From the NCBI RefSeq assembly GCF_009914755.1, contig NC_060941.1: 64,000 nt of DNA. One strand, written 5' to 3'. The notes beneath the pieces were generated by a model. The model made no database searches. It saw only the letters and a program-made list of their open reading frames with translations, and had not been told where the DNA came from. Position 1 is the first letter of the stretch. The number at the start of each line of letters is the position of its first letter. Shown here piece by piece: positions 19,760 to 46,252 of the stretch. The translations under genes and the position numbers were made by a program. This DNA is from the human T2T-CHM13v2.0 reference genome, Homo sapiens.

Positions 19760-20775
19760 TGTTATATAATAAAGAATTTGTCTGGTCCACGTCCCAGGCT
19801 CCTGAGATCTACTAAGTCCTTGGAATTCCTCAAGTGACAGGGATGTCTTTGTTATTCATTATGAGCTCCTGGGACCGTGCCTGAATTTATGCTAATGAAG
19901 TAACTCCTAGATACTTTCTGGATGGGTGCTGGCTGTGCTGTAAAGGTCAACCATGTGGCCGGGCATGGTGGCTCACACATGTAATCCCAGCACTTTGGCA
20001 GGCCAAGGCAGGCGGATCACGAGGTCAAGAGATCGAGATCATCCTGGCCAACATGGTGGAACCCCATCTCTACTAAAAATACAAAAATTAGCTGGGCATG
20101 ATGGCGGGTGCCTGTAATCCCAGCCACTCGCGGGTTCAAGTGTAATCACTTGAACCCGGGAGGTGGAGGTTGCAGTGAGCCAAGATCGTGCCATTGCATT
20201 GCAGCCTGGGCGACGACAGCGAAACTCTGTCTCAAAAAAAAAAAAGTCAACCATGTGATTAGAGGGCTGGGGCTTTGAGCCAGCAACACCAGCCTGAGCT
20301 CCTCTGGGAAGGAAATTGAGTTCAATCATGTGGCCAATGATTCCATCAATCACACCTACATAATTTAAAAACCCTAATAAAAATTTTGAACACCAAAACT
20401 TGGCTCAAATTCCTGGTTTGTAAACATACTGATGCATTGGGAGGGTGAGCCCAGAAAGAAGACATGAAAGCTCTGTATCAGGACCCTCCCATATCTAATC
20501 CTATGGATCTCCTAATTATGTCATCTACAATAAAACTGTAATCATTAAGTATAGCACTTTCCTGGACTCTGTGAGGTGCTCTAGCAAATTACTGAATGTA
20601 AGAGGGTAGTAGGAATCCTTAAATTTGTAGCCAGTTGGTCAGAAATGTGGGTGGCCTGGGGAACCCAGAACCTACAACTGGGCAGTTCAGACAGTTCTTG
20701 TTGGGGACTGTGATCTTAACCTGTGGTGTCTGTGCTAAGTTTGGGTAGTTAGCATCAGAATTACATTATAGTACT
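19760..20775 (+). mobile_element. MER21C-like LTR with an inserted Alu (19957-20245, TSD gtcaaccatgtg)
   Basis: Recalled MER21 motifs (gagttcaatcatgtggccaatg, ctctagcaaattactgaa, tttgtagccagttggtcagaa). Confidence 0.7.
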
Positions 20776-21455
20776 ATAGTGAAGAAACTACCCAAAGCTG
20801 GGGAAAGTATTACTGAAAAGAAGCAGACAGAATAATTACTGGATCTCACTCCAAGCTGGGAATAGCTCATACTTTCAATAGGCAGAGTGAAGAAACCTCA
20901 TACTAAACAGGTTTTTGAGGAGAGTACTCAAAGGGTACTTCCTCAATGGTGGGACAAGATTAGTCCAGACTAAGGCTACTTTTGTCTGGACAAAATTTAA
21001 AAGGTAAGACCTGAAGGGATCAAGCTGTTTCCAAGCAACTTTACTGCATCTCAGAATAAAACTTTAAAATACCTAAAGGAATGCAAAAATATCCAGTAAT
21101 CAACAATGTAAAATTTATAGCCAGGCACAGTGGCTCACACCTGTAATCCCAACAACTCGGGTGGGTGAGGTGGGAGGATTGCTTGAGGCCAGGAGTTTGA
21201 GAACAGCCTGAGCAACACAGCAAGACCCCATCTCTGCAAAACTAAAAAAAAATTAGCCATATGTGGCACGTGCCTATAGTTCCAGCTACCCGGGAGCCTG
21301 AAGTGGGAGGACTTCTTGAGCCCAGGAGTTTGAGGCTGCACTGAGCTATAATCACACCACTGTACTCTAGCCTGGGCATCAGAGTAAAAGACCCTGTCTC
21401 AAAGAAAAAAAGTAAAATTTATAATAACTGACATCCAATTAAAAAACACTAGGCA

Positions 21456-21838
<383 letters not shown>

Positions 21839-22231
21839 TTAGAAATAACAAAGTAACAGACTTAGTAGGCAAAAACATTAAAAAAATACAAATACATCCT
21901 ATACGTTCAAAAACATAGAAGAGACTGGATGAGGTGGCTCATGCCTGTCGGCCCAGCACTTTGGGAGGCCAAGCCAGGACTGCTTCAGGCCCGGAGGTCA
22001 AGATCTGCCTGGACAACATAGCAAGACCTTGTCTCATAGAGACCTTGTCCTTGTCTCTACAAAAAAATAAAAAATAAAAATAATCAGCCACATGTGGTGG
22101 CATGTGCCTGTAGTCCCAGCTACTCAGGAGGCTAACGCAAGAGAATCGCTTGAGCCAAGGAGTTTGAGGCTACAGTGAGCCATAGTAGCATCACTGCACT
22201 CCAGCCTGGGTGACAGTGAGACCCTGTCTCA

Positions 22232-22420
<189 letters not shown>

Positions 22421-23148
22421 TCAGGAGGCTGAGGCAGGAGAATCGCTTGAACCCAGGAGGGGCGGAGGGTGCAGTGAGCCAGATTGTGCCACTGCACTCC
22501 AGCCTGGGCAACAGAGCGAGACTCTATCTCAAAAAAAAAAAAAAAGAAAGAAAGAAAACCAAATCAATCTAGAGATGAAAGACAAATGTCTGCAATAAAA
22601 AAACAAAACAAAACAAAAAACCCAACAACACTGGGTGTGGTTAATAACAGGTCTGACACTGCTGAAGAAACATTAATTTGAAGACATAGCAATAAACACT
22701 ATCCAAAATGAAACACGGAGAGGAGAAAGATTGGAAACAAAAATGAAGAATTAGTGAGCTGTGGGGCAACTTCAAGCAATCTAATATACAAGTACCTGGA
22801 GTCCCAGAGGGAGAGGGTAAGACATGGACATAATATTTGAAGAAATAATGCCCCCAATTTAGCCAACTATTATGAAAACTATAAACCCACAGATCCAAGA
22901 AGCTCAATAAATCCAAAGGCCGAGAAACAACAAAGCTACACTAGAGCACATCATAATCGAATTGCTTAAAATCAGCAATTAAAAACAAAACCTTGAAACA
23001 GAGAAAAGACATATTACTACATATAGAGGAACAAAAATGAGATTGACAGCAGATTTCTTGTCAGAAACAATATAAGCCAAAAAACCAGTAAAGCAACATC
23101 CCTAAAAAAATTGTCAATTAGAAATTCTTGGCCAGGCATAGTGGCTCA

Positions 23149-23466
<318 letters not shown>

Positions 23467-23582
23467 TCAAAAATAAAGATGAAATAAGAACTTTTTTTCT
23501 GATCCACAAAAGCTGAAAAAATTCATTACCAGCTGACTCGTACTATAAGAAATGATAAAAAGGCCAGGTGCGGTGGGGCTCA

Positions 23583-23840
<258 letters not shown>

Positions 23841-24091
23841 TTAAAAAAAAAAAAAAAAAAAAGAAATGTTAAAAAGAAGTCCTTCAAGGTGGAGGAAAAT
23901 GATATCAGATCGCAATCTGGATCTATAGAAGGAAAGGGCACCAGAAATTGTAGTTATGTGTGTAAATATAAAATAGACTTCTTTTTCTCATTTAAAAAAA
24001 TTTCAGCTGGGCATGGTAGCTCATGCCTGTAATCCCAGCACTTTGGGAGGCTGAGGCGGGTGGATCATTTGAGGTCAGGAGTTTGACGCTA

Positions 24092-24283
<192 letters not shown>

Positions 24284-24582
24284 CTAAAACAAAAACAAAA
24301 ACAAAAACAAAACTCTATAAAAAGACAACTGACTGTTTAAGGCAGAAACCACAACCACAATAATGCACTGTGGGGTTTATAACATATATAGAAATTAAAT
24401 ATATTACAGCCATCCCTCCCATAAAGACTAAGAGAGGAGCACGAAAGTATACTATTGTAAGGTTCTGTGCTATACATGAAATTGTCTATTACTTGAAGGC
24501 AAACCTTGATAAGTTAAAATGTTTACTACAAACTCCAAACAACCTTTAAAAAGACAAAATAAAGAGCAATTGCTAATAAGGC

Positions 24583-25016
24583 AATATTGAATTGTACCTC
24601 CCCAAAAGATATGTTGAAGCCCTAAGCCCCAGTACATGTCAATGTGATTTTATTCAGAAATTTGGTTTTTGCAGATGTCATTGAGTTAAGCTGAGGATAT
24701 CTGGGTTGACCCTAATCCAATATAACTGTTGTCTTTACAAGAGGGAAATTTAGATACAGAAACACACATGGAAGATGACCATGTGAAGACAGAGGAAGAT
24801 ACTGAGTTATACTGTCACATGCTAAAGAACACCTGGGGTTATCAGAAGCTGGAGGAGGCAAGGAAAAATCCTCCTCTAAAGATTTTGGAAGGGGAACAAC
24901 CCTGCCAACACCTTGATTTTGGACTTATGGCTTTACAACTGTAAGAGAATAAGTATCTGTTGTTTTAAGACACTAAGTTGTGGTACTTTGTTATGGCAGC
25001 CCTAGAAAACTAATAT
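24583..25016 (+). mobile_element. MLT1 (MaLR) solo LTR
   Basis: ccccaaaagatatgttgaag...tactttgttatggcagccctagaaaactaata is typical of MLT1. Confidence 0.8.
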
Positions 25017-25257
25017 AGGCAATTAAGGAGATAAAATGGAATCAACAATACAAAGAACACAAAATTATTAAGAGTGAATGTTGGCCAGGCACGGTGGCTC
25101 ATGCCTGTAATCCCAGCACTTTGGGAGGCTGAGGCAGGCGGATCACCTGAGGTTGGGAGTTCGAGACCAGCCTGACCAACATGGAGAAACCCTGTCTTTA
25201 CTAAAAATACAAAATTAGCTGGGTGTGGTGACACATGCCTATAATCCCAGCTACTCA

Positions 25258-25413
<156 letters not shown>

Positions 25414-26137
25414 CTAAAGTGAAATGTACAAATCGGAAATTATTTTTACATATAATGTTGCTTTGCAGGAGGTCTCAAGTTCCTTCTCACAACAGAGCCT
25501 CAGGCAATCACTGCAAGCTGGCACTCAAGAGGATTAGACTTACCATTCTGGGAGCATTACAGGAACATAGAGGTCTTTTAGATAGTCAAGGAGGTATATG
25601 CACACCTGTGTGTATGTCTGTTTTAAAATTTAGGTACATGTTCACAGTTTTAGAAAGGAGAAAGAAAATTGTATCTTCCTTTTAAAATGTTAGCTATAAT
25701 CTATTGAGTCCTTGAAGAGGAAAAGAAAATCCTATCTAACACCATTTCTGTGTGGAAATAGATTCATTATTTGAAGTTTATTTGTCTGTTATTTTTATAA
25801 TCTGTTTATAGACATGCATAATGTGGGGAAGGGGAGTATGAAACCTATCTGTACCTAAACTATAGAAAGGGTCATGTGCATAAGAAGAAAATTACAAATC
25901 CATGAGGCAATCAGAGTAAACTAAAATGCTGCTTTAGTTAACTATTGTCTTCTGTGCATTACAAAACTCAACTCAAAATTACATTAGTGTTGTAAGTTAG
26001 AGGTTTCAAATTTTACATCTTCAAAATTTACAGTAGTTATTCTAGAATCCACGAGAGTCACTATCTGCCTAAATTAAAGAAATGTAAAGAATCAAGTTTT
26101 ATGCCAAGAAAAGTTGAATAATTACAATGATAAATAC

Positions 26138-26250
26138 CTTGTTTGTGGACCAGAACTTTGTGTTTGTGCAAGAATTGGAGTTACCTCTCGGCTATTTCCA
26201 CTCTGTGAGAAGACAGACTTTGTTCCAGTTTGGCCGATTCTGGCAACAGA
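26138..26250 (-). CDS. CDC27: CDC27 exon 9 (SVARIGQTGTK...GPQT); an alternative acceptor at 26268 adds TFRVLQ
   Basis: ttacag|TCTGT...ACAAG|gtattt; 113 nt; a second ag lies 18 nt upstream, in frame. Confidence 0.96.
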
Positions 26251-28134
26251 CTGTAAAACACGAAAAGTCTAAGGTTTGTGAATTATGGGCTGCACTGTAA
26301 ATGATAAAAGACAACACAACGCTCCCATCTACATTTTCTCAATACAAGCAGCCATAATATACTGTCACCTTAAAGATAAACTATTTATATCATATTGTTA
26401 ATTATTGTTGTATTAGTATGAACATCAGTCTATTTCCCTGTTTTAATCTCACAGTATTTTTACCTCTATAATGTCTTTTCATCTTTCGCTTTTTGTTTCA
26501 AAGACTAAAAATCCCCAGAAGCTATTCTTTTCATCTCATTGTGACCATCCTCCATTTATTACATACCTTCTCTATTTGGGGTTAAGTACTAAAAAATTTT
26601 AAGACAGCTAAATTCTCAAGATTTATGATTTATCTCATTATACACAGAAAAAAATAATAATACGATAAGATTTTATACTCCTTTGGCACTTGGTAACAGT
26701 TCTAAAGGAGTTCAGAGGAGTAGATTTTAAAAAAACAACCATCTGATTACTTTCCAAAACCTAAGGATATTGTTCTTTAGAGTTAATATTGCTTAGTTTT
26801 TCTAATCTTCATTAATTGGTTTCTGTTCCCTTGGAGAAAAAAAAATCTTTGCTTGGCTCTTCAGTCTTCTCTAATTTATTCCCTTATTTCTATTCATTTC
26901 CACCATCTAGCTTCTTTAAATGATCTATGACTATTGTATCAGTGCACTGTTTTTCCCCTTTGGCTACCAGAGAATTTTCTTCAAAACTTACTGTTACCCT
27001 GATGTCCTGTACACAATCCTCAAACTGCATATTATAAATAATCACTAATAATCACTGTCTCATCAGATATTAAAACCTTATTTTAGCCTTTCCTGCATTC
27101 AACATCACTGATCATGCCCTACTTTTTGAAACTTTGTGTTACTTCCAAAACATTACATTATTTGTCCTGCCACTTCATTTGCTGGCCCTTTATCCTTCTA
27201 CTATTTTTAAATTAGGTTTACTCTGTTCTCCTTAGCTACTCTTTCTTTCCCTAGGAGAGCCTGGTCATTTTAATAGCTTCAATTATTATTTCTATCAGCA
27301 GGTCACATTTTTTCCTCTATGACTAACTTTCTACTGAATATTTTCATCTAATGTACCACCACTTCAAAATAAAACTTCATAAGCCTTCCTCCGCCTTTTC
27401 CAAATTGGGATCACTACATTCATCCAAGGGACAAAAGTCAACTCTGGCTTTTCCTTATTTATCAAAGAACTATGTACACTGCACTCAATACCTGGTTTGA
27501 TATTTTCAGTTGACACTGCATGCAGACCTACATGCGTGACTTTTCTGGGAATGTCTTGTAATAAGGTAAGAGGAGAACAGAGGCAGAAGAGGATGAGAGA
27601 GCAATCTTATCTGGGCACTAAAATCATGTGCCTGCCCACTGTCTTAACTTGCTCTGGTTATTATGGTTATTATGGCTCTTCTAGTTTTGGCCTACTTCAC
27701 CTGGCATGCTAACTACCATTTTGTTTTGCCTTCTTCATAACTGTAATGTTTAAAACAATCCATACACAAACTATTTTGCAGTCCCTTTTAAGTATTCTTG
27801 GAGTTCCTATTATCACTCACTAAGGAGTTATTATAGAAAAATCTTTTGCAGATTCTAAGGATGTTCAGGAGTAAAATAGTAAAAAAACAACTATAAGAAG
27901 AAACATGTTTCTATTAAGGTAAAGAGAGTGTAACTGTTATTCACATATTAGTATGACTTGTTTAGCTTCCATTTCTTGAATATTTATGAAGCATGGCAAT
28001 AGGTATTTTATATATAGAACCTAATTTAATTCTCACAGAAGTTACCTTGTGCCACAGATATGCTTTTTAAAAATGGTATTTTGGCCTCTATTTCCATATA
28101 CCTATAAAAGGGAACATTATAAAACAAGAGCCTC

Positions 28135-31103
<2,969 letters not shown>

Positions 31104-31243
31104 TCATTTTCTGAAAACAGAATGCCCCTGTTTCCACAGTGATTTAGAAGTTGCTGTTGTAATAATCTGCATTACTAACAATATGAGTTATCATAAGATC
31201 ATTTGGTATTATAGCACATTTGAAAGTATCTTGTTTGACTTAC

Positions 31244-31455
31244 CTTGGGGTTAATGGACTAAGAGCTGCTGGTCCTCCTAATAAACTTCGACCAGTTTTT
31301 GGTTTATTTTGAACCTGTTTAGATAATATGGAAGTTCCTGTTCCCAGTGGGACAGTATCAGGTGAAATTACAGCTGAATCAATATAAGACACTGAGGAAT
31401 CTGTATTCAAGGAGTACTTTGAATTGGAAGATTCTAAATTCAATCTGTTTAATTC
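31244..31455 (-). CDS. CDC27: CDC27 exon 7 (ELNRLNLESSNSK...SPLTP)
   Basis: tttcag|GAATT...CCAAG|gtaagt; 212 nt; matches ORF 31240..31443. Confidence 0.97.
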
Positions 31456-31560
31456 CTGAAACAGAAAATTTCTACCAAGTCATTCACAATATATTATTTA
31501 GTTCAGATCATTCTTTGTAGTTTTCATAATATTTTGAACACTAGAATATAAGACACTTAC

Positions 31561-31715
31561 AATTGTGTCCTGGGGTGTTTCCGTAAGAACTGTCTCAGGC
31601 TGTCTGTGAGATAAACTATGATTAGGTACTTGTGTTGTGCAAGAGTTGGGCAGACAGTTGCTAAAGTTCTGTAAAGATGTGAATTTAAATGTTTGGTCAG
31701 GATCTGGCTTTTCAC
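31561..31715 (-). CDS. CDC27: CDC27 exon 6 (GEKPDPDQTFK...TPQDTI)
   Basis: T14-gtcttcacag|GTGAA...CAATT|gtaagt; 155 nt. Confidence 0.97.
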
Positions 31716-32540
31716 CTGTGAAGACAAAAAAAAAAAAAAGTTTGTCTCTGAGGAAGTGAGGAATACATGTTTTTCAAGTATGCATAAATCAGTGGAAACA
31801 GGAAATAGGCCTTATCCAAACTTTAAAAATCTCCTGTCCACTTCTGCTAATCAAATTTACCCCCAAAAAACCCATCTATCAATATATCATAAAAGTTTAC
31901 CAGTAAGATAAAGCTGTAAATTTAGAAAATAAACTACAAGAACACTAATTTTAAACATAACAAATCGCAGAAAAATGCAGATTTCTGTGTTTGTTTTAAA
32001 GCTGAAAATAACTAGATCTCATTTTTCTCAAAGTAGGAGATGAGGTTGAAGAGTTAAAACCCATCATATTTTACAGTAAAGGTTGAAGCCCTTCTATATA
32101 TACATAGATGCAACAATGCTGAAAAATGGTCCTTTATGTATCCTAGGCCAAATATACTGAGAAATTCTCTCCCTGTACTGTTCAGGTCTTGTAAGTTTCA
32201 GGCATTTATTAATTGCATTAGAAATTTTATTAATTTTCTTATTCAGAAAGCAATTTTGCTAGTGTTAAACACACAATATAACCCATTCTAGAGGACACCA
32301 GATACTTGAAAATAGATTGGTTCAACAGAAGAATCTACTGGATTTAATCTTTGTGTAATTTTCAGTTATATGATTCTTGAAACATACCAAAGATTCTAAC
32401 TTATTTTTTATTCTCAATTTTAACTTTGAAAAATATTTTTCTTGGGGGTAGATGATCTGTATTGCTCTCCAAAAATTAAGTAGCAGGAAAAAAAGAAGAG
32501 GAGATGGGAACCCACCCACCTCTCAACCCCACCCACCTAC

Positions 32541-32638
32541 CTATTTCACATAATGATTCAAAGGGAGACCAGAGGAAAGGATTTAAACTAAGGCTCTTTT
32601 GGTAACATTCTGATCCTTTGGCAAGCCGATCTGTCTTG
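32541..32638 (-). CDS. CDC27: CDC27 exon 5 (KTDRLAKGSECYQ...LCEI)
   Basis: ccacag|CAAGA...AATAG|gtaggt; 98 nt. Confidence 0.97.
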
Positions 32639-32955
32639 CTGTGGAGAGAAACAAGTAGATTAAATAAGCTACAAACCCCAAAACCTGTATCATAAACTTT
32701 TAGTATAAAAAATTAGGTAAAAGTTACAGAAGTTCAGAGAGCACTCTTTGTGATGCTTCTCTAAGTTACCAATTTCTCCCATCTGCTAATCTCCAAATCA
32801 AGTGAAAGCGCACAGAACATGAATCAAAAGAAATGCTTACAAAACAAACTATCGTTGCCTTCTTGAATATTACTATTACTTTAAACTTCCTGTCAGATAC
32901 TAGAGTTATTGAGGGAGATGTGAAAAACATCCAAATCCTTCAGTATTATTCTTAA

Positions 32956-33386
32956 TTTTTTTTTTTTTTTTTGGACAAGGTCTGGCTCTATCATACAGGC
33001 TGAAGTGCAGTGGCATGATCTTGGCTCACTGCAACCCCTACTTCCTACGCTAAAGCCATCCTCCTACCTCAGCCTCCTGAACAGCTGAGACTATAGGTGC
33101 GCACCACCATATCCGGCTAATTTTTGCATATTTTGTAGAGACCAGGCTTCACCATTGATGCCCAGGCGGGTCTTGAACTCATGAGCTCTGGTGATTTACC
33201 TGTCTTGGCCTTCCAAAATGCTGGGATTACAGGTGTGAGCCACCGCACCTGGCCTTTTTGTATTTTCGTCGAGATGGGGTTTTGCCATATTGCCCAGGCA
33301 GGTCTCGAACTCATGAGCTCAAGTGATCTGCCCACCACAGCCTCCCAAAATGCTGGAATTACAGGCGTGATCCACCACGCTTGGCC
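32956..33386 (-). mobile_element. Alu with an extra, duplicated left monomer
   Basis: The segment gaactcatgagctc...caaaatgctgg occurs twice. Confidence 0.8.
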
Positions 33387-33462
33387 TTAATTTTTAATAC
33401 AACATTCCCAGTGGTAATTCTGAAAGTGATTTAAATGCTTTAAATATAGCATAAATGACCAG

Positions 33463-34333
<871 letters not shown>

Positions 34334-34371
34334 TTCTTTTTTTTTTTTTTCAAACAAACTAGAGGTGGTAG

Positions 34372-36137
<1,766 letters not shown>

Positions 36138-38029
36138 CTAAGCTTCAAATAGGTCAATGACCATTTCTTCATTTTTTTTTTTTTTCTTCTTGTAGTTCCT
36201 AAGTAAAGCCATTCCCTCAGGCCTCAGTCCCTTCTTTAGAAAATCTCTGTCTGGTGAGAATCCCTTCTACAGAGATGACAACTAAATCTACTTCTAACTT
36301 CAACCTTACCTTTCCTTTGCCTGATGGGCAATTTCATCTAGGTTTTACTTCCTTATCTAAAGCTTAGTAAATTCAAAGTCAAGTTCATCTTTTCTCCCCA
36401 AAATCTGTTCTTTCTCTTTCTTTCTGTGTGTGTTTTAAGGACACCACTATTTTTACAAGTTTACAGACTCAAAAATCCTACTTAGAGATAGCACTGACTC
36501 CTTCTTCTTCTCCTCTGACCTTCACAGCCAATCAGCAACGAAGCCATAATTCATGTACTTTCATTTTATTTCTGGCTTAAGTTCCCTCTTTATTTTCACT
36601 GTTAGGATCCTTATTGCTTCTCATCTAAACCATCAATAGATTCCTAATTAATGTCTTGCCTCTTCATCCCTTCAATTCATCTATCTAGGCCCCTTCTGTC
36701 TCATAATACTAACCATAGTCTGCCTATTTATCTTTTCAAGCATTCTCTCTTGCAAGTGATTATAAGCTCTCTGAGAATGGAGAATTAGTCTTTGCCATTT
36801 TTATACTACCTGTTTCCTGTTTTCAAGTAGCCCCGTCCCCTTGCTTTGCCAGCAGAATGTGATATAAAACAGACATTTTTATTAATAATTTTAAAAGTTG
36901 CATTAGTGAACTGTATGAATTATTTACATGGCCAGAAAGGAAGTAGACAAACATTGATTAAGCAAAGACAAAATAATCTGTTACGGGAAAAATATTCTGG
37001 AAAAGTAAGAGGGGTGATCCTTTGTGCTGAAAAGTCTCATTTCCAGTATTACTTAAATTAAAATTGTATTATTTTTATATTAGGAAAAGAAAAAATCAAA
37101 CTTGGTTAAGTTGGCAAGGCTGATTTTTATAATGAGTAATTATTTCATGAATAGACCACAAAACAGAAGAAATTTAAATCAAAATTCATGTCTGTTAAGA
37201 GATTAGATACACATATGGATAGATATATGTATAAATCACATAAGAGCTAACTAGGGAAGAAGTCAGGTGTGGAATTATAATAATCTAGCCTGGAAGATAA
37301 AACCTCTAATTATTCAATAGAGAGATAAAAGGGGACAAAGATTTAAGAAAAGTAAAGTGCTGGGGTACTCTAAATTTAGATCGAAGTTTTTATTAAAATT
37401 GAGTGATACACACAAAACCCAGCCAGAAGTTTCCTAAAGAACTGGCATAAAAAATATTATTTAAGTGGTATTGGGAAGAAATAGGATAATTTAGGAATCA
37501 GACTTAGTATCAGTTGTGTCCTAAACATAGAAGTCTCATGTGCTGTAATAGACAAAAAGACAAAAAAAAGTCTATACTGGAGATAGAAAAGAAAACCTAA
37601 CACACCTTAGCTACAAAACCACATGTATGTATCTAGATTACTAGGTGCAATTCTGGTATATAATGGCTAAAATGAAAAGCCAGGATTGGGGTAGGGTTGT
37701 TCCACTTTCAATACTCAATCTTTTAATCTTGATGATGAATAAAAATAACCCTTGGCTGGGTGCTGTGGCTCATGCCTGTAATCCCAGCACTTTGGGAGGC
37801 TGAGGTGCCAGGACTGCTTGAGCCCAGGAGCTTAAGACCAGCCTGGGCAACATAGGGAGACCCCATATCTACCAAAACCAAAAAAATATAAAAGAACCCA
37901 TCCATATTCCTCTGAAGAAGGAGAAAAAAGAACTTCCTTCTTTACATATATGTATACATACACACACATACCTTTCTGAGGAACTGATTTAACTGCATCT
38001 TTAAAAAAACTTTAATGATTTTATCTGAA

Positions 38030-38678
<649 letters not shown>

Positions 38679-38699
38679 TAACATATTTGTGATTTTAAC

Positions 38700-41540
<2,841 letters not shown>

Positions 41541-41954
41541 TCTTATCCATGTGTGACTTTTTATCATCTAATGCAACTTTTTTCAACAGAGTAATATTTA
41601 TAATACTTCATTTTAGTTAATTTTCTAAAAATAAAAGAATATGATGCTCTTTAGGATTATTTCTCCAACATTCCTTATTAAAATTTTGCCAACTTCTTTC
41701 ATAAATTGTCTACCCTCCAGTGTTTGTACATCACTCCTCTCAAATAATTTGTAGTCTTTGAACATCTATTTTCCTCTGGAAGTCACTCTATAGATATGAG
41801 ATGTTGTCAAATTTTACTTTTTCTATCAAGTTTTTCCTAGTTATCACAACCCCTCTTCTTAACCAGGCAGGACTAATTATTCTCTCATTTGAACAATATA
41901 ATGCTCAAATTTTATGACAGAACGTTTAATGTGATAATAAAAACGAACTTTGAG

Positions 41955-42770
41955 TGTGGAAAAAGCAACATTTTGTTTTTTCCTATTCTCTCTTAACAGT
42001 AACAATCATCAATACAGAAGACTTCTGTGACCAAATGTCTGGGTTTTCTAATTCCCCCTAAACACACCAAGCATCAAACGCCAGCTGAATGTCCGCTAAT
42101 TCAATTCTGATACCATCTACCTGTAGACAGCCTCAGGTCCCACAGGTTAAGGGCTCAGTCTTCAAGACTGCCCTGCCCCACCTTCAGAAACCAGTCACAA
42201 GTCTGGGCCTAAGGAACTTCTGATCAACTAGCTATAAATTGGGATTCCCACAATGCTCTATTCAGGTTTGATGAATTTGCTAGAGCAGTTGACTTATAAA
42301 GGATATCACAAAGGATACAGATGAAGAGTGCATAGGGCGAGGCATGGGGAAAGAGAGGTGCGGAGCTTCCATGGCCTCTCCAGGCAAGCCACCTGCCAGG
42401 AACCTCCATGTGTTCAGTTTTCTGGAAGCTTTCTGAACCCTGTCCTTTTGAGTTTTTACGGAGGCTTCACTACATAGGCATTACTGATTAAACCATTGGC
42501 TGTTGGTGATAATCTTATCACCAATTTAATGGTGAAACTTAATCTTCAGCTCCTCTCACCTCCTGGGAGGTTGCGGGGTAGGGATGAAAAGTCCCAATCC
42601 TCTAATCCTGCCTTGGTCTTTTGCTGCCAGTCCCCATCCTGAAGCTACCTAGGGGATGCCAGCTACCAGTCAATTCGTTTGCATACAAAAAGATATCACT
42701 TTGGAGTTTCTAAGTGTATACGAGGAAATGAGGTCAAAGACCAAATATATATATTTCACTATATCACACT
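41955..42770 (-). mobile_element. MER21A/B-like LTR
   Basis: aattcaattctgataccatctacctg, cccacaggttaagggctcag, aatttgctagagc; ends atatcaca. Confidence 0.72.
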
Positions 42771-42829
42771 TACAAACTTTTGTTTACTGTTTCTCTTCTC
42801 CTACTCTATTATAAACCTTTGAGGGTGGG

Positions 42830-42903
42830 GACTGTGAGTTATTTATCTTTATATTCAAGCCAAGTATGACTGTGAGTTATTTATCTTTATATTCAAGCCA
42901 AGT
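42830..42903. repeat. Tandem duplication: 36 bp identical, period 38
   Basis: gactgtgagttatttatctttatattcaagccaagt at 42830 and again at 42868. Confidence 0.97.
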
Positions 42904-43311
42904 GTGTTTAGCTATAATGGAAATGAATCTCAAAGTTTCTTGACTAAATGACAAGAAGAATCATAGTTTCATGAACTAAATTTATTATTCTCAGTCCTTA
43001 AGGTAAATGAATATATTGATATTATGTCTTTGCTTACTCATGTTCGCAAGAGTGGTGTTAATGGATAAACATACCACCGTTACACCTGAAAACGGGCCCC
43101 CAAACTTAGTCAAATAATGTATTCTGTTCAGAAATACATTTTCAAGGTTTTGAAAAATAACCAATATTCAAACTAGCCTCAATTTATCTTAAAACAGATG
43201 CTATCCTAGTTCTTTAGACAAGCAGTCCCCAGTCACTTCTCCCACGGGGGAGAAGTGACAACAGATAACATTTACACATGTGAAGCATTCCCATGGGCAG
43301 AGTTACTTGTT

Positions 43312-45455
<2,144 letters not shown>

Positions 45456-46252
45456 GGAACTGGCAAATTACATAAGAAAGATTTTTAAGAATTCCACATT
45501 AGGATCTTTGAAATTTAAAAGTAATTCAACAACAAATGTCTCAGAAATTTCAGATATTTTAGCTAGCTTTAATTAAAAAGCCATCAATTAGTCACTGGAC
45601 AGATAATATAGTTATTGATCAGTCTATGGTGAGACTTACTTGTATCTTCCCCTTGTAAACCTACAAGCCAATTATACATACAGGCTTTTACAAATATCTA
45701 ACACCGTTTACACATGTGACCGTTTAGTCCCTTTTACCATTATTCCATCTCTTACAGTACAGAAAAGAATTGAATAGAACCTAACTATCTGTATCTCTAA
45801 ATGCCTCCAAATTTGGTATAGGGACAGCTGACTTGGTTTAACTGTAATGTGCAAAAGAAGTACTCAATAAAATGATCTTGAAAGGAAACTATACAATCAC
45901 CTAAACACAAGGGAGCCTTAATCTCAAGTGAGCTGGTGGGTTTTCAGGCTTACTCAAATTGGTCTAACACTGAAAGCAAAGAAAACGAAATATTTGTGAT
46001 CATTTAAGAAACCAATAAGAATCGGTTATAACTTAAGTTTCTCCAGAGTTAAACTCTATTATTTATTACCATAACAATGAAATCTCCATAATATAAATAA
46101 TGCCATAGGCAACAGTGTAAACATTTCGAATGTTACTGAAATAGATGGAAAACAGGGAAGAAAGGGAATCAGAGTTTAATCTGAAAGGAATTTTATCCAA
46201 AATTCAACAGTGTAAGTAAAACAAAATAGCTAGAAAATATTTTAAAACTTAC

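Noticed and set aside
25460-27570. Plus-strand exon-like segments (ttgcag...gag|gtatat; tttcag...aag|gtaaga) suggesting an antisense transcript
   Set aside because: Splice-like motifs only; no promoter, coherent ORF or other support in the sequence
31456-31560. 105-nt intron 6 (multiple of 3) as an in-frame retained intron
   Set aside because: Contains an in-frame TAA at its 21st codon
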